A stretch of 63,697 nt of DNA, counting the filler, from Choristocarpus tenellus KU-1152 (lineage: Eukaryota; Protista; Phaeophyceae): assembly GCA_964200185.2 (NCBI GenBank). It is 7 parts of 7 records of this genome, joined end to end, with 100 filler letters (N's around TTAATTAATTAA, not from the genome) between each part and the next. Parts side by side here need not be neighbours in the genome. Positions count along the whole stretch, not along the records: positions 51,679 to 57,467 come from CAXNAD020009748.1; positions 57,568 to 60,938 come from CAXNAD020020476.1; positions 61,039 to 63,697 come from CAXNAD020025881.1; 4 more parts are not named here. One strand, given 5' to 3'. The translations under genes were made by a program, and so were the position numbers. The first letter of the stretch is position 1. Each line of letters opens with the position of its first letter. This document shows positions 52,161 to 63,243 of the stretch, in pieces. The notes beneath the pieces were generated by a model. The model made no database searches. It was not told the DNA's origin and was given only the letters and a program-made list of their open reading frames with translations.

Positions 52161-52929
52161 TTGTTAAAGAAATTGATGTTCCCAAGACTTGTGTATGTAA
52201 ATATAACTCGGTTATTTCCTCATTATGTGCAACAGGTTGTACATGAAGTAAGGAAGGTGTAAGACAGAAGAGTGAGCTTCAAAGCTCAAAGGGAGGGGGT
52301 CATTACCTTACGATTCATATGTTCTAATATCACGTCACTCAATCCATGATTACTTGCTACGTTACTTGCTACAGCATTCCTTTTCTAAGATTCTTCTTGT
52401 TGTATTATAATAACCCGGACAATATTTCCGTTGTCACCTGACAAAAACATTACTACCAATTATCCCATTATCTAACAATAGTTCAACAACTCAATGTTTC
52501 TCCCACATAATAATATTTTACACATGAGTATAAAGCATATTCTTAACATAGCTGATGATGAAACCCACCCTGCTGACTTTCTGCTGGTCTGATTGGGCGA
52601 GGATAATCTACCACTCGACCTTCTTCACCCTCCTCACGCTTGCACAGATCCCACATAGAGGCAAGAGGCCCAATCTTTGGCCACCCATTTGCGTAAGGAT
52701 GTGCAGTGTACCAATGGGATATCCCAAACGTCGAGAATACTTGTACTGTGACCAAGTCACCCCTTGCGACGTCATATAAGGTCCATTCATTCACCCATTA
52801 TTATCTGGTTGTTCACACTCCTTCAGATTCACACTCCTTCAGATGACAGAACACGGCGATTCGGGAAATTCCAAGAACCTCCGCGATGACCGCTATCATC
52901 GTCCCCTGGGCCATCCGAGTCTCATGCCC

Positions 52930-54400
52930 TCTCACCTCCAGGCATTGTGCCACCATGCTGTTCTTCATCATTGTCTTTGAGGCTGGATACACTGAAGCAA
53001 ATGTTTACACGTCTCCCAATCTATATGAGAACTGAGTGTTTGTGGCGGGATAATCACATGGATTGTTCCTGGGCGAGAACGGAGGTTGCAAAAGTTATGT
53101 TCCATTTAATTCCGAACGGAGGGAATATCTCAACAAGATGAAGTGGACAAGGGAACCCCCTGTCTTTGGGATCCCCCACTGTCCTTGGAGAACCGCCACT
53201 GTCATAATATTTTCACCTTCTCCAAACAACCTTTTTAGGGTTATTTTCACTCAGGGGTTAGGGTTAGGGTTAGAGTTAGATTATCGAAAATGAGTGAAAA
53301 AATAAATATGGTGAATCCTTGAAAGGTTACTACACACCATACTCCTCCAACACTTATTCTATGATGTTTCCTAGGCGTGTTAGGTATATTTCTCGCACCA
53401 GTTACCGCTAGGGCTAGGGTTATGGTTAGGATTCGAGATTACGAAAAAGTTCTTTAAAGTACTACAAGTGGACTCCCGAAGACATTGAGGCTTCCCTGTA
53501 CACTACAATGGGGGGACACCAAGAGATTCCTTCATAGCTCTTGAGATTGTGCCATACGGTTTATGGTTAGTGATGCAGGTGTTGTGTCAATGACTCAAGA
53601 GGGCTTGGAAAAAATGATGGCTGTCATCGTCACGGTGTGTGAGGTTTTTGGACTGACATCGTAAGAGAAGAAGACAGAGATCATGTGCCTACGGGTCCCC
53701 AAACAGGCCAGCGCAGAAAATACTGCTTGGGACTGGAGGACAAAGGTATCAGCAGACTGCCGAGTTAGTTTATCTTGGGGCCTCACTCAGTGCCATCACT
53801 AATATCACTGCCGAGATCCAACTTTGTATCCAGAAGGCACAGGGGCACTTCAAGAAGTACAGCAAATAGTTTTATGACCGAGTAGTAGGTGTGCCACTTG
53901 CACAAACGATTTGGGTGCTCAAAGTCGAAGACTTGAGACGCTGCTGTATGGGATGCATGATGTGGACACTAGGAAAGGATCATCAAATCCAACTCATGTC
54001 CAACACTGCAAATTCCTACAGCGCTGCATTGGGTTCCACAAATAGAAAAGTACTGACCACCCTGTGCGGTACTGAGAAGTTCATAAGAGAACTGGGTGTG
54101 AGTGTAATTGAGGCCATGTTTCCTCAAAAGGAGCTGATATTTGGAGGTTTATTCACGTTGTGAATGGATGGCGATCGATTCCTCAAGAATCTCACGCTTG
54201 GAGATATCAACACACAAAAACAGAAGGAGAGAAGGGAGACCAAGAGAAAAACTAATGGTGATGCCTCCAAGACAACCTTAAGGCTTCCGACATCACAGCT
54301 GATCATTAGGTTTCTCTTGCAGAATACTCAAACAGGAAACACCTATGTGTGGAGGTTGAAGCTGGATACTTTATGACTGCCTGGCACACGGCTGAGGTCG
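52930..54400 (+). pseudogene. RTE-like LINE reverse transcriptase remnant, apparently interrupted by a MITE
   Basis: From ~53570: DAGVVSMTQEGLEKMMAVIVTVCEVFGLT.*EKKTEIMCL, and later ETLLYGCMMWTL, typical of the post-YADD region of RTE-clade RTs. The upstream part and the boundaries are approximate. Confidence 0.7.
53139..53508. mobile_element. MITE family 3 (telomere-repeat-containing), degenerate copy
   Basis: The left end CCCCTGTCTTTGGGATCCCCCACTGTCCTTGG and the right end CTCCCGAAGACA…CCCTGTACACTACA match the 56167-56411 TIRs. Internal TTAGGG runs. Confidence 0.7.
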
Positions 54401-56166
54401 AAGAATTCACAGCTCGTCATGCAAAAATAGCTTTGGCCACCAACTGCGTGTGATAATGCCTACTGAACTTCTTCTCTTTTCCCTCCTTTTTTCTTTCGAG
54501 GGGACTGGACTTCTTTGCCTCTCCGGAGATACTCTTTCTAGGGTTAATGGTGGTAGGTTGAATCTAGCAGGTGTAAGGACTTTAAGATAAATCCCCTGGT
54601 GTGCATATGGATACACACCCCTTCTTCAACAAATTGTGGTTTTGATACTGGAGTTTATGCTTGGATTGTGCGTTTCTTTCTGTTTATTGCGTTCTCAACT
54701 TTGTGGACTAGGCAAACGGATCTAACTCATTCATTGGTGGTATTGGCACAAATCACGTTGGCATTTTGCTCATCCGCTTGTCCTGATAACCTGTAAAACT
54801 CAATCTAGAAGACGTAGATTGATAATCGGGTGACAGCTAGGGATAGATGAATTCGTGGAGAGTCGTAAATAAGCGGCCAGTTGTACATTGTGCCGCTTTG
54901 GTCGCAAACTTGGATATTCCTTGACAAACGTGATGCAAATAGCAGATTGGGCCAATTGTAGGTTGACCACTGGTTGGAAAATTGAGAAAGTAATTATTTG
55001 GGGGTATTGGGTTTATGTCGATCAGTCATAGATAGTGCCATTCCTGTTGCCAACATTGTCTTATTTTCGGGGTATTCATGATGAAATTGAAAGGTGAGGG
55101 GTCCCATCGTGCAGTGATGCTTAGTGCCATACTTCGTGAAAGAGTTTTAATTGGAGGACCTAGGGATATTAACAGGATTAGTAACTAGGCACAGATACAC
55201 CTCTCCAGTGTCATGCGTAATGACCAGTCGTAGTTTTATGCCGCTCTGGTCGCAAACCACGATGTTCCTTGGCATCTGTGACAAAATAAACAGAATAGGT
55301 TGCATTGTAGGGTGGGACCTTGTTTGAAAACCGTGAAATTTATTATTGAGGAAGTGATGTAGACGTGATTGGTCGTAGATCGTGTCGTTCTCGTGATAAA
55401 CATTTCCAGCCATTGGCATCCGTGATGGAAACAACAGAATAGGGCACATGGTTGGGTGGTAACTAGTTGAATAATCCATGAAATTAATTACTTCAAGAAT
55501 CAACGGGATAATAGGGTTGGTAGGTATATATATACACTTGTTCGCAGTCGTGCTAAGTGGGCAGCAGCAATCTGTGTCACTCTCGCCACAATTGTTGCTT
55601 CCTACAGTGTTTATATCTAACTTATACCTATAAAAAGAAAGGTTGACTGACGACAGTGCCAGTGTACAGGGAGCACGGAAACGTTTAAGCATTTGGTGAT
55701 ACTTGACCGATTGTGCTCGAACTATTTAAAGTTTATCACAGAGTTTTGAAGTAATATTGCATATCTCACTTATCATAATTCAACCAGAAAATTTCAATGT
55801 GAATTCCACTTCTTGGGCAAGTCATTGATCGTCGTTGCCTTGAAACTATTGTGAAGAAGACTATGTATATGCCATATTTCGCAGTCCTTTTGTTTAGAGA
55901 TAGTCCCTCCAGACTAGTCACTAACAGAACACTCAAAAGTGTTGGTGTACACCATGGATGAATATTTGGAGTTACTGACTGAGACTTGGCTAGTTGCAGT
56001 TGGGGTGTGTGGGGTTAGGATGCTGGTATGCCATGTGGATATGATCTGATCCCGCCCAGAAGATATATCCCATCAGATCACCCCCCAGATGCTTCAAATA
56101 AAGACAATGCCAAGGTCGATGTAGCCAGTTATTGATGCAGTTCATCCTGATTTTGACAGAGGATTG

Positions 56167-56411
56167 TGCAGTGCACAGAGGGGAGATCCCCTGTCTTCGG
56201 GAGCCCCCACTGTCCTTGGGGAACCCAACTGTCATACTTACGAAGGTTAGGGTTATTTTTCACACACAGTTTAGGGCTAGGGTTAGGGTTAGTGTTAAAG
56301 ATAGGGTTAGTTTTTTTTAAAAGCGTTCAAAGTAGTGAAATAGTATTATAGTGGGGATTCCCAAGGATAGTGGGGGCTCCCGAAGACAGGGGATCTCCCC
56401 TGTGCACTGCA
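56167..56411. mobile_element. MITE family 3 with ~60-bp near-perfect TIRs and internal TTAGGG repeats
   Basis: TGCAGTGCACAG(A)GGGGAGATCCCCTGTCTTCGGGAGCCCCCACT… is mirrored at 56350-56411. The interior has GGTTAGGGTT and TTAGGGCTAGGGTTAGGGTTAG. Confidence 0.88.
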
Positions 56412-57291
56412 ATAGGTCAGTAAATCTGTAGTAGGTACAAGTAGGAAGTTTAGAATGGGGGGGGTTAGGTATGGCACGACTAAGGGAGACCTCAACAAAA
56501 GGGTGGATGGGGGGCGGGGAGTTATGCAAGATATGGTAGTGTGATTGAGTACACCATGGAGTCCTAACCTTTTGGATTGGGATGTAGTATTCAAGATTAC
56601 TTACAAGTAGATGTTCACTAGAAAGGGGTACTACTATAGAAGGGGCAGTACAAGAACGTATTACGAGGTAGGACATTGGTCTCCTCCAACAGTACAACTA
56701 GTGTTGACTGTTGATTCGTCCACTGGTACTTGTCGCTTGGTGTGTTAGCATCTAGGTAACACATGTGTACCACTGTACGCAGTATGTGAAATGACTTACC
56801 GTTTCAGTATGTGTAACTAAAGTACGCCTGATCCCTGGAATTACTGTACATTCTTTCACATACATTTCAGTATGTGTATACAAGAGTTTAGTGGGAATTT
56901 GACTCAGGTCGCTCTTCTTTTTTTCCTCCGAGGAGAAATAACAGTGGTATATATTAGTATATTCTTATTCGATTGGCATCGCCACCACTTAGACTACGAA
57001 TTCACGCTGCATTATGTGCACCCAATACACAATTAGATTATATATTTTCAGGGTTAATACGTCCACAGACTTCTTCACAATGCAGCAAGCCTCTACTGAG
57101 AGCATGTATCGCTTCCTCTAAACACACTTGAGGAACACCACATCACACTCCAGTATTCAATCAGACTTTACGCAGAACATGTCACAATGTTCATTACATT
57201 GAATTCATCAGGGCTCCAGTGCACTAGGTCACTTCTTCATTTACAAGACCTCAAGCCTCTACACAGAGCACTCCATGAGAACCAACCATAA

Positions 57292-57465
57292 GACCCAAAG
57301 TATCTGGGGGGGGAGGTCTTCACCAAAGTGTCCATTTGGACCAACACCAGGAAAATTGCACTTTCATTATCCATCCAACGTATGGAACCAAATCACCCAA
57401 ATATCGCGACATGGAAAAATTGGCTCCAAATGGACAGCTGCCACCCCCCCCAGGTACTTTGAGCC
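57292..57465 (+). mobile_element. MITE family 1, second full-length copy
   Basis: Colinear with 37513-37695; TIRs GACCCAAAGTATCTGGGG and CCCCAGGTACTTTGAGCC. Confidence 0.85.
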
Positions 57466-57467
57466 AG

Positions 57468-57567
57468 NNNNNNNNNNNNNNNNNNNNNNNNNNNNNNNNN
57501 NNNNNNNNNNNTTAATTAATTAANNNNNNNNNNNNNNNNNNNNNNNNNNNNNNNNNNNNNNNNNNNN
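57468..57567. other. Artificial contig spacer 5
   Basis: 44 N + TTAATTAATTAA + 44 N. Confidence 0.98.
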
Positions 57568-59128
57568 CCTCGGGCAGCCCCCCCCCCCCCCCCCCCCCAG
57601 ATACTTTGGGTCCCTTACCAAAAAAGGATAATTTACCTTCCCATCTACTATTTCTGGAACTTTCCATGTCTAATCAATTTCAAAAATATTCCTCTCATCT
57701 ATCCGTTTGGAATGCCTCACACCTGCAGCAATTCCCTCAGCTTCCTTGATTACAACCACCGACTGCAGACTTGTTTTACAATGGGAAATTCTAGAGCACT
57801 TGCTGTTAGGTCCCACCATACTGGGCTATTCTTCAAACCAAAATGGAGTCTGAAATCTATCACAATAAAATCTTCAACGCAGTACTCAAATCTAGCTGGC
57901 CCTTTTGGTTCAAGTGGTACTCAGTGAAAGGCATCCTTAACATCCATCTTACTAACCATGATTCTCACCTTGGGAAACTTATTCCTTAACCCAATAATCC
58001 TCTCAATCACATCTTCCAACACAGTCCCACAATGCACAGGGGGGGCATCTTTCAAATCTGTTCATTCACACTCAGACCCCAACTCTCTTACTGACACTAC
58101 AGATCATGAATAATCCTAACTTTCATTGGTTCTTGAATTACTCAAACTAAGGACAATGGAGACCTTGAATTTTTGCCCTCACCCTTTTTGGAAACACTAG
58201 GCTCTACCCTAAATCACATCCCCAACTATCGTCTGAAATAATGCCTTGCTATGATCTTCTGCAATCCTATGGTTTCCATACTCCAGCCTCCCTTCAACCC
58301 TACCTTTCCCTTTTGACGCATACCAGTTGTTGAAATATTCCACACTAGACCCGCGGCTATGTGCCTTAATAGAGGGCAATAAATGGCTTGATGTAGACAT
58401 ACAATATTAATGTTACAAGAGGCTTATGGTCTCGATTCCACTAACTGAATTGGTGGGGGTGAGACAAGTGCAGACGACCATGTGGGATTTGCAACATCCA
58501 CGTGGCTAATCAGAAAAGAATACTATCTACATATCATCTGTACAATGTATGATATATCAATGGATGATCTAATATCAGGTCCCTACAATACAGGAACATT
58601 GGGTAGAGCTCAACTGAATTATACAGAAACATATATCTGGCCCTACCTTTCCTCCACTACTCCACCGATGGTGTCTACAGTGTATCAGCAGCACTATCTA
58701 CAAACACCGGTACCCCAACTTGAACTACTTGTTGCAGTCTTTATCTGTGGGAATCCTATCTTCTACCCAAAATGACCTTCAGTCCTACCCCAATTCAAAC
58801 GTTCAGGGCTCCATCTCTTTCCAAGCCTAGCAACCAATCTGGCCAAATCACCCCCACTTTCCTTAAGTAATATTTCTCCCTTGCTTGTTAACTTATTCAA
58901 CTCCTTTACTGAACTCTCAACTCCTTTTCTTCTCTCTTCAACTCCTCCCAAATCCCAAACCACTCCTCAATTCTGTCACAACCTTTACCTTCCTCTCCCC
59001 TTCTACCTTTTGTTGTCCGGTGCAAAGACCCTAGTATTGGGATCCCTGTAGTCCAATGCGTGTGTTGTGGTAGCACTGACGTCCACGGCCCACATCCTCA
59101 CGGGTCCTTGGTATATTCACTCTGGGAT

Positions 59129-60439
59129 TTATCTCCTTCCTTGTTTTTCTTCCCCTTCCTTGAAGTGGTCATACTTGCAAAACCCATGTCTCTTCAGGAA
59201 ATCACATTGCTTCCCTGCCACGAAGGCAAAGCATGGGTTGTACTCCCTTTCCCCCCCCACCTGACGTTCCTTCTTGTACCCGTTCATCTCTTGTCTTGGA
59301 ATTTTTAAAGATTTTGTTTCCAACCATGTTACAGCCCTCTTTGTCGATCGTGACTGTGTCTCTACACTGGATACACTAGGCAGCATATTCTTGATCTGGC
59401 TTAAAGCGGTCTCCAGGTTTATAAAGCGAGGTACAGGGGGGGGTGGGATGCATACCTCGGGAGGGGGGGGGGCGATACATTCATTTCCAATAATATCTGC
59501 CGCTGTTGAGATTTGATTGACCCACGATTCAAGGTCCTCCCCCACTGCTCGATAGACCAGGTCTACGATCTTTGGATGTTCTATCACTGTGAGCTTATTG
59601 GCCCCATAGAACGTCCTCACCTTACACCTAGCTCCTTCCAGTTCCTCAATCACCTTTGCTGTCCTCTTTCCAGGTCTCCACCTCTCCCCGTATCTGCATA
59701 TGTTTCTCATTGCCGATACGAAGGAGTCAAAATTACTAGGCATCTCGTAGTCTCCTTTATTGGTCGGTCTGCCCAGTTCTCCTTTTGGTATGTACTCCTT
59801 GATGTTGAACGCTGATAGATTCCCCAGTTGCCTCGCCACCGCTTCTGTAACGTCAACTTTATTGTCAACAATCCGTTGTAGTTCTTCGCGCGTGGCTCTG
59901 TCGTCACCTGCCTGAATGAAGAGGGGAATATACCCTAGAAGGACGAAATATCTCCTAACGTTGACCTTTCTCCAAACTGGGATCATTGATTCCTCCTTCA
60001 TCCTCTGCGCCAACGTTGATAAGCTCGCGATTCCATGCCCACTCGTATTTCTCCCATCCCACCCCATCAATCTGCTCATGCCATGTTGTGCTGGTGAGCT
60101 TAGCTGATTTCCCCCCCCTAATACTGCCATAATGTGATCAATCCTTTTCGTTAGTTCAGCCACATTTTTAGACAGCGCCCGTAATTGATTTGACTCACTT
60201 TCGCCCTCGATCCTTCCTTCCTTCTCGTTCCCTTGTCCTTTCTTCTCTTCCTGACCCTCGTTGCTGATGCCCATATCTCTCCAGATTTGCTCCATCTCTT
60301 CACGCCTTCTTCTTGCCACTATTTCCTTTCTCTGTTCTTCCTCCTCCCCCACCCCTTTATGTTCACCCCATCCTTTACTCATGTTTACTTCTTCGTCTCC
60401 CCTCCTTTCGTCTGTCCTTCCCATAAGTCCTTCCCACAA
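59129..60439 (-). CDS. Gag-like ORF (436 codons) with coiled coil and C-terminal CCCH zinc finger
   Basis: Longest ORF in the window. It ends CFAFVAGKQCDFLKRHGFCKYDH and lies upstream of the RT remnant on the same strand. The start codon is uncertain. Confidence 0.7.
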   Translation of the reverse strand: MWEGLMGRTDERRGDEEVNMSKGWGEHKGVGEEEEQRKEIVARRRREEMEQIWRDMGISNEGQEEKKGQGNEKEGRIEGESESNQLRALSKNVAELTKRIDHIMAVLGGGNQLSSPAQHGMSRLMGWDGRNTSGHGIASLSTLAQRMKEESMIPVWRKVNVRRYFVLLGYIPLFIQAGDDRATREELQRIVDNKVDVTEAVARQLGNLSAFNIKEYIPKGELGRPTNKGDYEMPSNFDSFVSAMRNICRYGERWRPGKRTAKVIEELEGARCKVRTFYGANKLTVIEHPKIVDLVYRAVGEDLESWVNQISTAADIIGNECIAPPPPEVCIPPPPVPRFINLETALSQIKNMLPSVSSVETQSRSTKRAVTWLETKSLKIPRQEMNGYKKERQVGGEREYNPCFAFVAGKQCDFLKRHGFCKYDHFKEGEEKQGRR

Positions 60440-60729
60440 TGCTTTGTTTTAATCGAAAGCTCTATCTCCTCCTTCTGTCATGATATAATAAGATGGAGGA
60501 GATTGCTCAGAGGTTGTCTTGTTCTAGCCCTCCTCGTCCTGTACCACCTGCCTAAGGTTTTTGTGCTGGTAGTCCATATGGTTTATAGGTGTTTAGTTAC
60601 CAATAGTAGACAACAGGAACGTTGACTAAGTGGAATAAGTACAGTACCTACCCCGATTTTGTTCACCCATGGGCATGCCCGAAAGAAGCGGCATAGAATT
60701 GATGTGGTACAATATCGTTTTGTAGTAAT

Positions 60730-60877
60730 TCATCGTGGGAAATCAATCGTCGAAGCGACTGATTAATTGTGGTGAGATGGGAAATCAATCATCCAAACGA
60801 CTGATTAATTGTGGTGAGCTTGGAAAATCAATCGTCGAAACGACTAATTAATCGTGGTGAGCTGGGAAATCAATCAT
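60730..60877. repeat. ~42-43-bp tandem repeat x ~3.5
   Basis: GGGAAATCAATCGTCGAA(A)CGACTGATTAATTGTGGTGAG.T units upstream of the gag-like ORF. Confidence 0.9.
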
Positions 60878-60938
60878 AAGCTTCATGGATAGGATGGAAA
60901 CGATTACGAGCGCTTCTTTAAAATGATGTGTATGTGTT

Positions 60939-61038
60939 NNNNNNNNNNNNNNNNNNNNNNNNNNNNNNNNNNNNNNNNNNNNTTAATTAATTAANNNNNN
61001 NNNNNNNNNNNNNNNNNNNNNNNNNNNNNNNNNNNNNN
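60939..61038. other. Artificial contig spacer 6
   Basis: 44 N + TTAATTAATTAA + 44 N. Confidence 0.98.
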
Positions 61039-61250
61039 TGTAACTGAATATCACTGGTGAGCATAAACTGCCACAACATATTGGGCCGGCCCTCGCAGCG
61101 GAGTTTGGAGTGTCCAAGTGTTACAAGTGAGGGGGTTCTGGGAGAACATCACTGATCAGGTTGCCCATGGCTACACGCCTGACCAAGGGGTGATGACACG
61201 TAGTGGGCAGCCTTCAGAGCTTTTACACCAAACAAACCAAGATGGCCGCG

Positions 61251-61302
61251 ATACATAGTATCAATACATAGTATCAATATATAGTATCAATACATAGCAT
61301 CA
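61251..61302. repeat. 13-bp tandem repeat (ATACATAGTATCA) x4
   Basis: Read directly. Confidence 0.9.
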
Positions 61303-61539
61303 ACTCCAATAATCAGTCGTCCACAGTAGTGGGTCAGGTGACAATGAAGATGGCCGCCAAGGGGCTGAATCATAGCACGAGCACCATAAACAGGTGGTTG
61401 GATGATATGGGGGCATGCTGAATCCCCGCCAAATCAAACCCAAGCTTACATCGTGGCAATAGGTATGGAGAATGGACTTTGTTTGTGATCAAGTGGACCA
61501 GAAACGTGGTGTGTACACCCCCATGCCTAACCCTAACCC

Positions 61540-62300
61540 TAACCCAATCCATGTGGATGACACCTGGATTTACGCGATGGCTGATGGGCAAAGGGTTAGG
61601 GTATTGCCGGATGAGGATGATAGCGACCTTCCAGGGTCCCCTACTGTACAGTACAAGAGTCATATCCCCAAAACCATGATCATTGCAGCCAACGCCTGCC
61701 CAGATTCGACTCACAGCTTTGATAGAAAGCTTGGTGTTGGGCGTGTGTGTGTGCACCAAAAACGGCAGACAGGACAAGCAAGAACCATCAGAAGGGGGAT
61801 GAGTATGAGCAGGACTGTACTTTAGACCATTATTTGCGGTACAGGAAGTGGTACACAGAGGAGTTACTGCCTGCATATCAAGACCAAGATGCCTTGGTTG
61901 CAGGGGAAGCATGTTGTCGTTCAGCAAGGCGGTGCCACCCCCCCCCCCCACACAACCAAGGGCAACTCAGAAATATTGTCAGGGTTAGGGAGGACTGAGG
62001 GATGGTTGATGAGGTTTGTGATGCAGCCATCTAACTCCCCCAACCTCAATATCATGGACCTGTGCTTCTTCAGGTCTTTGGAATGCTGGGTGATGGGGGA
62101 GCGGTTTGGGTCTGTTGAGGTTTGGTAGCTCCTTTTTGTGGTGTACAATCAAGTACTTTGATACAAAGGGGGGAATGACTTCAGTGTGGAGCACACAGGG
62201 GTAAGGAAGAGGCAGTTGTCTGGTGAGGTTGAAAACACTCCGAAGGTAGATATGGAGGCTTTTTCTGTGACTGATAAGATAGTGATGGATGGGGAGTAAT
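61540..62300 (+). pseudogene. Mariner-like (DD39D-type) transposase remnant
   Basis: IHVDDTWIY…VQYKSHIPKTMIIAA…FDRKLG…VVQQGGATP…QPSNSPNLNIMDLCFFRSLE. The catalytic Asp positions are partly mutated and there are frameshifts. Confidence 0.8.
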
Positions 62301-62489
62301 AATAATAAAAAGAGCTGACTCTAACCAGAAATTTGTCAAGGATTCCAACTCTTCTTTTGGAAATGAATTTCATCCACATCTTCAAAAGTTATGGACAACG
62401 CAACACAGACTTATGGCACGGAGGTAGTATATCCTTTCTTTAAAAAGGAATTAGTAACTTATCACATGAAAAAATTAAAAATACCTCAC

Positions 62490-63243
62490 CCTGTAAAAAA
62501 GAATAACATCGTCTGGTTTCCAAGGAGGCGTTCGTTCAGCTTGTGTCTGTGACCTCATCCCAGCAGCAGCATTGGCATCCTCCTCCACCTCCTCATATTG
62601 TGCCTCCTCAAAATTCCGGCCACCCACTTCCTGCCTCCACCAATCCAAAGCACACAAAATAAAATATTCAAAAAAAAGAATGACTAAAATTTAAAAAAAA
62701 CGATACTTGCATCGTATTTGTGCTTCAAATCATATGCCGTAATTAAAGCACATAGTATGTAATACATTACATACCAACAACTTTTAAATACATTCATGTA
62801 CATAATATCTACATACATTTACGTTATGCATAGATAAGTCAAAAGTATAGGTTAGACCTGAGGCCAAGGCCAAGGTCAAGGCCAAGGTTAAGGTGATAAC
62901 ATGCAACAGATTTGGGAATGATAAGGCAGCAAGCAAGTAGAGGTATAACAAGGGTAAGAATGTAATAATAATAATAATAATAATGATGATGAAAGGAATA
63001 ACAATAATACTAACAATAATAATAATGAAAGGAATAACAATAATACTAACAATAATACAATAATAATAATAAAGCGCAGATGCAAAAAAAAAAAAAAAAG
63101 CTCACCAAGGTGTCACTGTTGATAACAATCCTCCCATTGATGAATTGTACCCCAACAGCCTTCTGAGAGGGAGGAGACGATCCACGATTCATGGCATCCC
63201 TTCTCAGCTTCTCCTTTGCCGCCCTCTCCTCCTTGGACAACGT
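62490..63243 (-). CDS. BDP1: BDP1-like (TFIIIB B'' subunit) gene, two internal exons leading into the SANT/Myb domain
   Basis: Phase-0 exons 63243-63106 (…VQFINGRIVINSDTL) and 62630-62490 (…YEEVEED…RTPPWKPDDVILFYR). These match the Bdp1 pattern of G.IV…SL, an acidic segment and W…FY. Other exons are not found in the window. Confidence 0.65.
62963..63072. repeat. (AAT)n-rich microsatellite in the BDP1-like intron
   Basis: Read directly. Confidence 0.9.

Larger units (their letters stand above)
57620..60900 (-). mobile_element. Ngaro/DIRS-like (tyrosine-recombinase class) retrotransposon, partial: gag-like ORF plus decayed RT
   Basis: RT remnant ~58160-57780: KVRIIHDL…CGTVLEDVIERIIGLRNKFPKVRIMVSKMDVKDAFH*VP…DFRLHFGLKNSPVWW. 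It is preceded by a gag-like ORF ending in a CCCH finger. RNase H and recombinase are not seen. Confidence 0.75.

Noticed and set aside
7858-63243. Apparent functional cluster (AlaRS, HSD, BDP1 and B-box-like modules)
   Set aside because: These lie on different contigs joined by artificial spacers, so the co-location is not evidence.
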